Position numbers and translations under genes: made by a program | The notes under the pieces: model-generated | Seen by the model: only the letters and a program-made list of their open reading frames with translations | The model's database searches: none | Told to the model about the DNA's origin: nothing | Shown here: piece by piece, positions 39,230 through 46,961 of the stretch | Layout of the letters: each line of letters begins with the position of its first letter | Numbering within the stretch: position 1 is the stretch's first letter | IMG/VR virus record: IMGVR_UViG_3300032285_000409 | Location: 1 to 63,836 of that record | DNA length: 63,836 nt | Strand: one strand, 5' to 3' | DNA from: a virus | Taxonomy: Duplodnaviria > Caudoviricetes

Positions 39230-39619
39230 TTATGTCGTTGCAATTGTAACTGTACCAATTTCCACGCCAATCACCAAGTAATTTGGCGTAAGCCCTGCAT
39301 CATTTAAGCTAGAACCGCCAACAGGGTTCCAACCCCACTGGAAGTCCCTGCTGCCTTCGCCCGGATAACCGTCAGTCAACAGACCAGACTGCGTGTAGCT
39401 GATGTCTGGACGCGGATCGCGCACACCCTGCGGATCATCCACTGGGTACATGCCCAACTGCAACTGCGGCTGGTCTGGATCCCAGCAAGATGGGCAGACC
39501 TTGAGGTTGAACACCTTGGTCTTGATGATTTCCTTCTTGAGTTCGTGCAGTTTGAAGCGAAACCCACAACGGTCACACTCCGCAATCGAGAACTTGCCAG
39601 AAGAAAACCGATTGCCCAT
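39230..39619 (-). CDS. Zn-finger-containing virion-region protein
   Basis: CDRCG...VCPSC; DPQ...PRP. Confidence 0.65.
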   Translation of the reverse strand: MGNRFSSGKFSIAECDRCGFRFKLHELKKEIIKTKVFNLKVCPSCWDPDQPQLQLGMYPVDDPQGVRDPRPDISYTQSGLLTDGYPGEGSRDFQWGWNPVGGSSLNDAGLTPNYLVIGVEIGTVTIATT

Positions 39620-40570
39620 TTAGTAGGCACTCCCCACGTACTGACGACGCGGCACCAAACGCACGGCTGCGGTCTCACGGTCTTGATCTGCGGCCAACTG
39701 CCACGCCTCATCGTACTGCTGCTTGAGCACGCCCAAACGATCCATAGCACCGGGCACTTTGAGCGCGATGTAGTAGGCCAGACCTGCCACCATGCAAGGC
39801 ACGAAACGGAACGGCACATCCATAATGTTCACACCGCCACCGGCATCCTGCACGCGACGCATGCGCCAGTACACGAACTGGTAGGTGATCCCGGGATTGG
39901 GGGTAGGCCACACAGTGATGGACTGTTTCTGTGCCAGCTTGATAGCATCGCTTGTTGCGTGCGTTGTGGCTGTGGTGCCGTCCTGACCACGAGTGCAGTT
40001 GAGCAGGTACGCAGGCGTAGCGCCGCTGGCTGGGGTTGTTTCGTTAAAGCCAATCAGTTCCGAGCCGATCTTGATGAAACCGGCAGTGGGCACACCCACC
40101 AAGGAAGTGATTGGGATGCTTGTATCTGTGGCAGAAATGCCTGCCTGCAAGGTGCCCACAAGGGTGGAGTCCTGCGCCGTCAAACGCTGAATCCAGACCT
40201 GAATTGGACGGCCTTGGATGAGTTTGTTGGGGATCGTGGCATAGGTCGGCATGCTGATCCGTGTGATGGTCAGGTCTGCTTGGTTGTTAGCCACATTGGC
40301 GTTAGTGCGGATCACATGATCGAGCACATCCACCGTGTCATCTGGCAGTGCGTAAGTGGGCTGGCCTTCGGAGAGCGTGATGGTGTTTTGCTCAAACGTC
40401 CACATGTTCACGCCACGGTTGGCCCAGTCAGCAAACAGTAAGTTCAAAGACCGACGTGCCGTGCGCAGGTCGTAACCCGTGCGCAACTCCGAGCCACAAC
40501 GCTCAAACGCCTCCTCGACCAACTCAGACAGGTCGAGGTTAAAGCCAGAGGTGCCGGAGGTTTGTGCCAT
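39620..40570 (-). CDS. Head-tail connector / tail tubular protein A-like
   Basis: EEAFER.G...ARRSLN....WANRG.N.W; P.RF.PC...GLAYY. Confidence 0.7.
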   Translation of the reverse strand: MAQTSGTSGFNLDLSELVEEAFERCGSELRTGYDLRTARRSLNLLFADWANRGVNMWTFEQNTITLSEGQPTYALPDDTVDVLDHVIRTNANVANNQADLTITRISMPTYATIPNKLIQGRPIQVWIQRLTAQDSTLVGTLQAGISATDTSIPITSLVGVPTAGFIKIGSELIGFNETTPASGATPAYLLNCTRGQDGTTATTHATSDAIKLAQKQSITVWPTPNPGITYQFVYWRMRRVQDAGGGVNIMDVPFRFVPCMVAGLAYYIALKVPGAMDRLGVLKQQYDEAWQLAADQDRETAAVRLVPRRQYVGSAY

Positions 40571-40573
40571 AGC

Positions 40574-40753
40574 TTACTTCTTCAGACCTTTGAGGGTTTC
40601 AGCCAGACGTGCGCGTTGGCTTATCTTACCGGGCTTCTTAGCCGCTGCTGCCAGTTTCTTGGCAGGGATGGGTTCACCCTTTTTGGCACCAAGCTCAGAG
40701 CGCAGGGCACCGGGCTTTTTGATTGCGTCTTTGATCCAGTTCTTAGTTGCCAT
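40574..40753 (-). CDS. Small Lys-rich protein (59 aa, not in ORF track)
   Basis: Translated by hand: MATKNWIKDAIKKPGALRSELGAKKGEPIPAKKLAAAAKKPGKISQRARLAETLKGLKK. Confidence 0.7.
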   Translation of the reverse strand: MATKNWIKDAIKKPGALRSELGAKKGEPIPAKKLAAAAKKPGKISQRARLAETLKGLKK

Positions 40754-41034
40754 TATCTAAACCCCGCTGTTTTCTTTGCAATCGCTTTAGGCTGGGCTAC
40801 GAACTGTTTCCCAGCTTTTTTGCCTGCACGCTTCGCCTTGGTGGTAGCTGCGTACTCGGCAGCACTCAAGGACTTTATTGCCTTCTCAGGCAAATACCGC
40901 TCACCAGTTTTGCTCGACGGCTTTCCACTCTTGGTGCGCCATTTCTGGTCGCCCCAGTCTTTGAGGGATTGCTGCGGCGCTTTCACATCAGTCCTTGTAC
41001 CCACCACCAGCGGCTTTATACTTCTTGGCCACAA
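40753..41034 (-). CDS. Small Lys-rich protein
   Basis: SLKDW..QKW.TKSGK...ERYLP; true start uncertain (may be further downstream). Confidence 0.65.
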   Translation of the reverse strand: MWPRSIKPLVVGTRTDVKAPQQSLKDWGDQKWRTKSGKPSSKTGERYLPEKAIKSLSAAEYAATTKAKRAGKKAGKQFVAQPKAIAKKTAGFR

Positions 41035-41263
41035 GCTGCGCTTTGCGTGCTGACCACTGGCCAGCGCCTGTGCCTTGAGTTGCTGCGGCTTTTACCTGCG
41101 AAACAATCCGCTTGCGCAGACCGGGCTTGGTGTAATTGCCAGCAGCATTGACCTTACCGCCTTCCGCATATTGCGTGAAGTCAGTATCGTCGCGGCGTGC
41201 TTTATGCACACCCTTGGGCATTTTGGAGGGGGCGATCGCCCCCATCCCACGGCTTGCCATCAT
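40988..41263 (-). CDS. Small basic protein
   Basis: YAEGG, NYTKP.LR, GQWSARKAQ..A..YK..GGGY. Confidence 0.7.
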   Translation of the reverse strand: MMASRGMGAIAPSKMPKGVHKARRDDTDFTQYAEGGKVNAAGNYTKPGLRKRIVSQVKAAATQGTGAGQWSARKAQLVAKKYKAAGGGYKD

Positions 41264-41264
41264 A

Positions 41265-41597
41265 TTAGCACTTGGCCATGCCGCCTTTTTTCATAACCAT
41301 GCCACCTTTTTTCATACCCAGAGGCTTGCCCATTGGGGACATCTTGACCTCTTTACCTTTGGTCTTGCCCTTTTGAGCCATGCCGTCGCGGCTAGGGGCT
41401 GCGGTCTTGACTGCGCCCATCTTTGCTTTGGTGATGTTTTTCTCTGCCATGATTCCACCTTTAGAAAATTTGCGGCCCTTGTCCGCGTTGGAAAAATCTT
41501 TGCCCACAGATTGTGGGACACCTACTTTCTTCGCAAAAGCCGGGCTATGCGCCACGGCTTCCATGAAGTTGTGCTGCTTTTTACTGCTGCTCGGCAT
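41265..41597 (-). CDS. Small basic protein with repeated MKKGG motifs
   Basis: S.KQH.FM.A.AH.P.FAKK.G.P; FSKGG, MKKGG x2. Confidence 0.7.
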   Translation of the reverse strand: MPSSSKKQHNFMEAVAHSPAFAKKVGVPQSVGKDFSNADKGRKFSKGGIMAEKNITKAKMGAVKTAAPSRDGMAQKGKTKGKEVKMSPMGKPLGMKKGGMVMKKGGMAKC

Positions 41598-41793
41598 CTT
41601 TTGACATCTTTTTCATGCCCACCAACACCGAAAACTCTTTGCCGGTCACCATCTCTGTGATGCGCATACCAGTCCAAACGATGGTAAATAATGCGGCAAC
41701 TGCTGGCAAAAGTTCTGCCAAAGTTCCCACGACCGTTATAACCGACAAGCCATCGCCGACTTGTTTAACAATTTCAGCGGTTTCGGGTTTCAT
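41581..41793 (-). CDS. Small membrane protein
   Basis: Hydrophobic stretch LPAVAALFTIVWTGMRI. Confidence 0.6.
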   Translation of the reverse strand: MKPETAEIVKQVGDGLSVITVVGTLAELLPAVAALFTIVWTGMRITEMVTGKEFSVLVGMKKMSKDAEQQ

Positions 41794-42113
41794 ACCATCC
41801 TACCTTTGGTTTTACCCTTAGTGGCGATGCCATCGGCGGCTTTGATATACCCCCCTTCAGCGCAATTCCAAGCCCGCAAAGACTTGTTGATGCGGCTGTC
41901 AGGATCGTTGGCGGTTTTGGCGGAGGTCAGCTTGGCTTTCATGCCCTTCATCCGGGCACAAAACGAGTCGCGCCGGGAGCCACCTTCGGGTTGCGGGGCT
42001 TTCAGCCCCGGCTTGCCCGGGTTTGCTCGGTTGTAAGAGGCGCGGCCCTTGGCGTTCAAGCCACCGGACTCCGACTTCCCTTCCTTGCGCTGCCATGCTG
42101 GGGTCTTAGCCAT
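41790..42113 (-). CDS. Small basic protein
   Basis: GGLN.KGR.SY, RR.SFCARM.G, SRINKSLR.W.C. Confidence 0.7.
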   Translation of the reverse strand: MAKTPAWQRKEGKSESGGLNAKGRASYNRANPGKPGLKAPQPEGGSRRDSFCARMKGMKAKLTSAKTANDPDSRINKSLRAWNCAEGGYIKAADGIATKGKTKGRMV

Positions 42114-42396
42114 AATAAACCGTGATTGAAGCGATGCCTGTGAGCGTGGCGTAGATGTTGGTAGAGAACTTAACGCCCTCCCCCGGCACCAGCGTGTAGA
42201 ACGAGTTTGGATTGGAGTTAGATGGGATGTCCACCTCAATCAAAGTCGTTCCGCCTGAACCGCCATCTTTGAGCAAAAGCGTGCCCGCAGTACTGGCTGT
42301 AGCGCAGATCGAGAAGCCCTTGACACGCGCAGCCTGTCCGAAGACAGAGCCGGACGCGTTCAGGTGCGCCGATTTGACGTCATATTGCATCGTCAT
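42106..42396 (-). CDS. Small virion-region protein
   Basis: Beta-rich, PGEGVKF motif; RBS AGGAG. Confidence 0.6.
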   Translation of the reverse strand: MTMQYDVKSAHLNASGSVFGQAARVKGFSICATASTAGTLLLKDGGSGGTTLIEVDIPSNSNPNSFYTLVPGEGVKFSTNIYATLTGIASITVYYG

Positions 42397-42409
42397 GATG
42401 CACTCCTAA

Positions 42410-42892
42410 TCAGTTCTGCTGACCGACAGGGTAGCCCACGCCGTCAGAGCCACGCACAGTGTATGTAACCACCAAAGTACCTGCACCAGCCGTCACGGTA
42501 GTGCCGCTTACGGTGTAGGTCACAAACACGTCAGTTGTGCCTACGTTGCTCATCAGTGCCAAGTTAGCAGCAGTAGTCGTAGCAGTCATGGTGTACAAAC
42601 CAGCGGTGCCGCTGGTAGGTGTGATCGTACCAATGGTGGTAGAGCCAACTTTGATAGTCAGAGTGGGGGACGTGCCGTTGAAAGCAGTGGTGTCAACATA
42701 CAGTTGAACAGCCGTAATCAGTGAACCTGCGGGGAGTGCAGCCAGATTAGTGGCAGTTGTTTCGGCGTAAGTGACGGCTTTGCTTTGCAAAACAATGCTG
42801 GAGCCGGTGTTACGAGTGGTGGCGGCGGTAGTGCCGGTGGTGTCTTTAATGGTGCCCAGAAGCCACGGGCCGAGGTGTGTTGCGAATCCCAT
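42410..42892 (-). CDS. Capsid-associated structural protein
   Basis: Thr/Gly-rich beta protein (LPAGS.I) downstream of the capsid gene. Confidence 0.6.
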   Translation of the reverse strand: MGFATHLGPWLLGTIKDTTGTTAATTRNTGSSIVLQSKAVTYAETTATNLAALPAGSLITAVQLYVDTTAFNGTSPTLTIKVGSTTIGTITPTSGTAGLYTMTATTTAANLALMSNVGTTDVFVTYTVSGTTVTAGAGTLVVTYTVRGSDGVGYPVGQQN

Positions 42893-42980
42893 GATGGGTT
42901 CCTTTCATGCGTTGGGGTACGTCTATCTGCATGAGGTCAGCCGGGCCTGTCAGACGTACCGGAGAGTCCCGGTTTGAAGC

Positions 42981-43016
42981 AATATACTCCAAAAGAAAAG
43001 GGGGCACAAGCCCCCC
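42981..43016 (-). terminator. Intrinsic terminator overlapping a TTGTGC-N17-TATATT promoter
   Basis: GGGGGC/GCCCCC stem plus T-run on the - strand; promoter hexamers read through the hairpin. Confidence 0.6.
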
Positions 43017-43019
43017 GCA

Positions 43020-43241
43020 TTATTTTTCTTCCGCTTTGTCAGTTTCTTCGTCTTCGACTTCGACTTCTTCGTCGTCATCTTCGTCTTCAGCATCTTCGAC
43101 GGTTTCATACTCACCAAGCCATTCGACCGAGTCTTGCCACTCAACAAAAGCCTGCATGACGTTAACGATACTAAAGTCACTTGTTTCAATGGTGATTTTG
43201 TTATCGCCCCACAAACCAAATTCAATTTCAACTTTGTACAT
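43020..43241 (-). CDS. Very acidic small protein (moron-like)
   Basis: C-terminal half almost all Asp/Glu; flanked by terminators on both sides. Confidence 0.7.
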   Translation of the reverse strand: MYKVEIEFGLWGDNKITIETSDFSIVNVMQAFVEWQDSVEWLGEYETVEDAEDEDDDEEVEVEDEETDKAEEK

Positions 43242-43310
43242 TTTTAACCCCAGTTATTGCAGCAAAAGCACCGCAAACTTATGCTATGCAAGAAAAATGA
43301 CAAACAAAAG

Positions 43311-43334
43311 AAAAGGGGGCCAAAGCCCCCTTTT
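43311..43334 (-). terminator. Intrinsic terminator after the major capsid gene
   Basis: AAAAGGGGGC-CAAA-GCCCCCTTTT hairpin. Confidence 0.85.
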
Positions 43335-43345
43335 CAGACAAACGC

Positions 43346-44275
43346 TTACGCGCCTGCGGAACCCCAGATGCCGAGGGGATCAGACCAGCCGAAGCTGTAA
43401 CGCTCACGAGCCTTGTAACGGACGTTGCCGGTATCAAAGTCGCCGTCCATCGAGTTAGCCAAAGGCATACGCTCGAAGTGCTTCAGGCCGTTAGGCACGT
43501 CAGTCAACAGGAACCAACCGTTTGTGTCGGTCAAGAAGTGGTTGACAGAGTAGCCTTCGGGGATAGCGCCCATCTGTTTCAACGCGTTGATGTCGTTGTC
43601 AGTGGTGCCAACACGCAGTTCGGTGTCCAGCAGACGCTTGGCCACGAACATGAGTGCCGGAGGCACAATCATCTTACGGGGCTTGGCAGCGATCAACAGG
43701 CCACGCTCATCAGTCCATGCAGCGATCTGGATCACGGCATTTTCCAACGAAGTCTCGTTGAGGTCAACGCCCACGGTGGGGCTGTTGTAGTTCACACCAC
43801 CGTTAACGAGTGGGTGACCAACGCGGGTGCTGGAGCTATTGTTACCGAACAAGGTAACGCCGTCACCGCCGAGGTAAGAGCCGTTGAAACCGTTGTTGAT
43901 AACGGCGGCAGCTTTCACCTGCTTGGTGTAGGCCATAGCGCGGGCCAGAGCTTTGGTGTAACGAGCAGACAGGCTGTCGTACAGGTTGTCTTCGATTGCC
44001 TCTTCGGTGATCGAGAAACCCAAAGCGATGGTCTCGTGGCTGTAACGCGCAGTGAATGCCTCTTGAGCATTGTCGTACGCGATAGCTGCGCCCTCGTTCT
44101 TGACGGGAGCAGAGCCAAAGCCAGCCAGCTTGGTCTCTTCTTCGAAGCTACGCTCAGATTTCTCTGTTTCGTAGATTTCTTTGTGCTCTTCGCCGTAACG
44201 AGCGTATTCCATACCGAACAAAGCGTTCAGACCGGGCAGGAGTTCTTTAAGTAGTTGCGAACGTGAAATAGCCAT
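43346..44275 (-). CDS. Major capsid protein (HK97 fold, Mu gpT-like)
   Basis: MAISR.QL.KEL.PGLNALFG.EY; YKARERYSFG.SDP.G; strong RBS and downstream terminator. Confidence 0.88.
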   Translation of the reverse strand: MAISRSQLLKELLPGLNALFGMEYARYGEEHKEIYETEKSERSFEEETKLAGFGSAPVKNEGAAIAYDNAQEAFTARYSHETIALGFSITEEAIEDNLYDSLSARYTKALARAMAYTKQVKAAAVINNGFNGSYLGGDGVTLFGNNSSSTRVGHPLVNGGVNYNSPTVGVDLNETSLENAVIQIAAWTDERGLLIAAKPRKMIVPPALMFVAKRLLDTELRVGTTDNDINALKQMGAIPEGYSVNHFLTDTNGWFLLTDVPNGLKHFERMPLANSMDGDFDTGNVRYKARERYSFGWSDPLGIWGSAGA

Positions 44276-44288
44276 TTTAATTTACTCC

Positions 44289-44909
44289 TTAGACGCCAGT
44301 GGCGAAGTAGTACGAGTGCGTACCGAAGTTGAACTTGACGATCAAATCGGGGTACGCATCGGTTGCAGTCTCTTCCACAAAGTCCACCACACGCATAGCG
44401 AGAGTGGCAGTAGAGGCCAAAGAGCCGCCGTTTGAGCCAACCACGAGGTTGACAGACGAGTTGCCAGTGGAAGTGCTGCCACCAAAGTTGCCCAAAGCAG
44501 CGTTCTTACCGATAGCGCCGTAGGCACCGTTGGTCAGAGAGCCGAAAGCGGCAGAGCCTTGCACTTGGAACAGCGCATCTGGATCTTCAGTCACACGGAT
44601 GTACACGTCAGTGTAACCAGCGGAGATTGCACCAGCGGGGCAGAACTGAGCGTACTGCGGCTGATTCAGACCGGGGGTCACATAACGCACGCCAACGCAA
44701 ACACCAACGATACCGGCAGTGGTGCCAGCAGTGGGGGTCGCGGTCAGCGATTGGGGGTTACCAGCAGAGGTAAGCTGGACGATGTCGCCATTGTAAATAG
44801 CGTTGCTGTTGTTGGTAGACAACTTGTATTCGCGGAACGCACCCGCGAAGACCTGACCGCCGATCAAATTGATCGGACGCAGGCCGTAAGGCGTAGAGGT
44901 CGATGCCAT
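44289..44909 (-). CDS. Capsid decoration/cement protein
   Basis: PYGLRP, I..GD.V, DPD..F.VQ motifs; directly upstream of the capsid gene. Confidence 0.65.
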   Translation of the reverse strand: MASTSTPYGLRPINLIGGQVFAGAFREYKLSTNNSNAIYNGDIVQLTSAGNPQSLTATPTAGTTAGIVGVCVGVRYVTPGLNQPQYAQFCPAGAISAGYTDVYIRVTEDPDALFQVQGSAAFGSLTNGAYGAIGKNAALGNFGGSTSTGNSSVNLVVGSNGGSLASTATLAMRVVDFVEETATDAYPDLIVKFNFGTHSYYFATGV

Positions 44910-44924
44910 TTAAGGACTCCTTTG

Positions 44925-45377
44925 TTACTTTGAACCTGAACCAAAACCCGCACCACGACTGGATGACGACTTACGGTCGGCAAACAGCGGCATGCGCGGA
45001 TCGTTGTTTCGCATGAAGTGGTTATCCACTGAGTCCATCTGGTTCTGAGCTTGACGGTTGTAGTACTCGTCACGGGCTTCCGCCTGTTCTTTGACCATCT
45101 TGCAAAGCATGAGGCCACCGATCTCGACGTTACCTGTGACAGCATTGCCAACAAGCATCAGTTCTGGATGGTCTACTGCCTTCACCGGCTCCCAGCCTTC
45201 GCGCATCTTACGAGACACGTTGGTTGGTTCGGCCTGTCCCAGCACATGTGTCGCTACCCAGCGATACACGTAGCCCGGTTCAGGTGTCGGGTCTGGCAAT
45301 GAGGTGGGCGGTACGTATACAGCCCGGGCAGTTTTTTCGCGCGACGCCATGTCACGATTAGTACGGTTTTCAGCCAT
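44925..45377 (-). CDS. Conserved head-module protein
   Basis: YRWV, REGWEPV, IGGLMLCK motifs. Confidence 0.65.
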   Translation of the reverse strand: MAENRTNRDMASREKTARAVYVPPTSLPDPTPEPGYVYRWVATHVLGQAEPTNVSRKMREGWEPVKAVDHPELMLVGNAVTGNVEIGGLMLCKMVKEQAEARDEYYNRQAQNQMDSVDNHFMRNNDPRMPLFADRKSSSSRGAGFGSGSK

Positions 45378-46329
45378 TTTGATTCTCCAATTTAGCAACT
45401 TCAGCAGCATACTGCTGGGGGGTCAATCCATATTTCTTAGCCAGCGCAATTTGCGTGTGGGTAAGCTGAATTTTCTTTGCACCTGACGAACGAGACGCAG
45501 GTGCAACCACCGATGCTGGTTTTCTCGGAGCATCACCGGACTTCGGCTTGTCGCTGTTACCACCGAACATATCAGGGAACGTAGACTTCATGCGAGCGTC
45601 AATTTGCTCGAAATATTCATCACTTCGCGGGTCAAGACCCGAATTGACTAGTTTTTGGTGCAGCCCTAGTGCGTAGCTGGTGTATTCCTCAAACCCGTTT
45701 GAGCCAAACCACTGGTTTTTTGCCTGCCAGCGCAGCGTCTTTTCGTCGGCCTGAACTCGTTGAGTTTGGATTTGTTGTGTTTGTACCTCATCTCTGTCAT
45801 CTTGTAAAGGGGGTGCTTTGAAATTTTTCGCAGCATTCACCTTCATCTTGGCATCCATGACAGCTTCTTGGGCAGAAATGATGGCATCGGTGTCAAACGA
45901 TTCCTGTGCTGCCTTCAGACTGCGGCGGGCCATCTCCAGTTCTTGGTCAGCGGCTGTTTGCAAAGTCGCTGCGTATTGCTGGGTGCCTGTGTCCACGTAC
46001 TGTTTGAGCCGTTTGTTCTCCTCCAACATGTGTTGTGCAAGACGCTCAAGCTCTTGCTTCTCACGCGCCAAAGCCTCTTTGGCCCTGCGCTCGTCGTGAC
46101 GGGCATGGGTCAAGTCCTTGATGCGCTTCTTTACGCCTGCGGAGTAGTTCTCGATCTCGTCGTCGGTGGGGTCTTCTACCTCCCTGTCCAGCGGTTTGCG
46201 GCCTCTGTCCTGTTCGGGGGTGTCATCGACAATCTCAATCTCGATGTCTGCTTCTCCCCCTTCAGCCAAAGCTGTGGGGGTCTCGTTCTCAAGTTCGTCG
46301 GGGAACTTGAACTGATCGTTACCAGCCAT
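45370..46329 (-). CDS. Capsid scaffolding protein
   Basis: Acidic N-terminus, coiled coil, W...N.WFG, C-terminal A.K.GLT...YA. Confidence 0.7.
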   Translation of the reverse strand: MAGNDQFKFPDELENETPTALAEGGEADIEIEIVDDTPEQDRGRKPLDREVEDPTDDEIENYSAGVKKRIKDLTHARHDERRAKEALAREKQELERLAQHMLEENKRLKQYVDTGTQQYAATLQTAADQELEMARRSLKAAQESFDTDAIISAQEAVMDAKMKVNAAKNFKAPPLQDDRDEVQTQQIQTQRVQADEKTLRWQAKNQWFGSNGFEEYTSYALGLHQKLVNSGLDPRSDEYFEQIDARMKSTFPDMFGGNSDKPKSGDAPRKPASVVAPASRSSGAKKIQLTHTQIALAKKYGLTPQQYAAEVAKLENQNG

Positions 46330-46339
46330 TTCCTACTCC

Positions 46340-46774
46340 TTATGCGCGGGTTAAACCGCGAGGGTCTTGCACAACACACTCCACCTGATCGTCGTTAATC
46401 ACGCGGAACTCTTTGCCGAAAATCTTGAAACGCGTACCTGTGTAGGTGCGAACAAGAACAAAGTCGCCTTCCTTGCACCATGCTCCGGTGGGGAATCGTT
46501 CGGGGTCTTTGTAAGCGGATGGGCCTGCACGCAGAACGAAAAGCACGGTTGTGGCGTGTTCTTCTTGGCGCATGGTCGCCATGTCTCGAACCAAATCAAG
46601 TGACGTACCAGCAATCTTTTCATCGACTTCAGGCACAACACACAACAGCTTGTGGCCTACCGGGGTGGGCAACGCACTGGCTTTGGCTTCGTTGTCAGCA
46701 TCCTCATCGGGCATATCGACCGGTTGGATGTGGTCAGGCAACTGAATGCCCGGAGGCAGGAGGATTTCACTCAT
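46340..46774 (-). CDS. GroES-like co-chaperonin
   Basis: P.G..LL, GP.AY.D..RFP.G.WCK.GDFV, G.EFR.INDD.V..VV. Confidence 0.75.
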   Translation of the reverse strand: MSEILLPPGIQLPDHIQPVDMPDEDADNEAKASALPTPVGHKLLCVVPEVDEKIAGTSLDLVRDMATMRQEEHATTVLFVLRAGPSAYKDPERFPTGAWCKEGDFVLVRTYTGTRFKIFGKEFRVINDDQVECVVQDPRGLTRA

Positions 46775-46961
46775 CTGATTTCTCTACTTTCTCTGCAAGG
46801 TCGATGATGTAACGCTCTGCGACTGCGAGACCCTGAATCACGCCGCAGAGTTTTTGGTATTCCTCGAAGGAACGGCACGAACCACCAGCCAAATCATCGG
46901 CATAGTTGTTCATGTCTTTACGTATTTGTTCGCGCAATACGCGTGCGAAGTCTTGGATCAT
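46767..46961 (-). CDS. Hypothetical protein (between portal and co-chaperonin)
   Basis: G...SFEEY...CG.I.GL motif. Confidence 0.65.
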   Translation of the reverse strand: MIQDFARVLREQIRKDMNNYADDLAGGSCRSFEEYQKLCGVIQGLAVAERYIIDLAEKVEKSDE

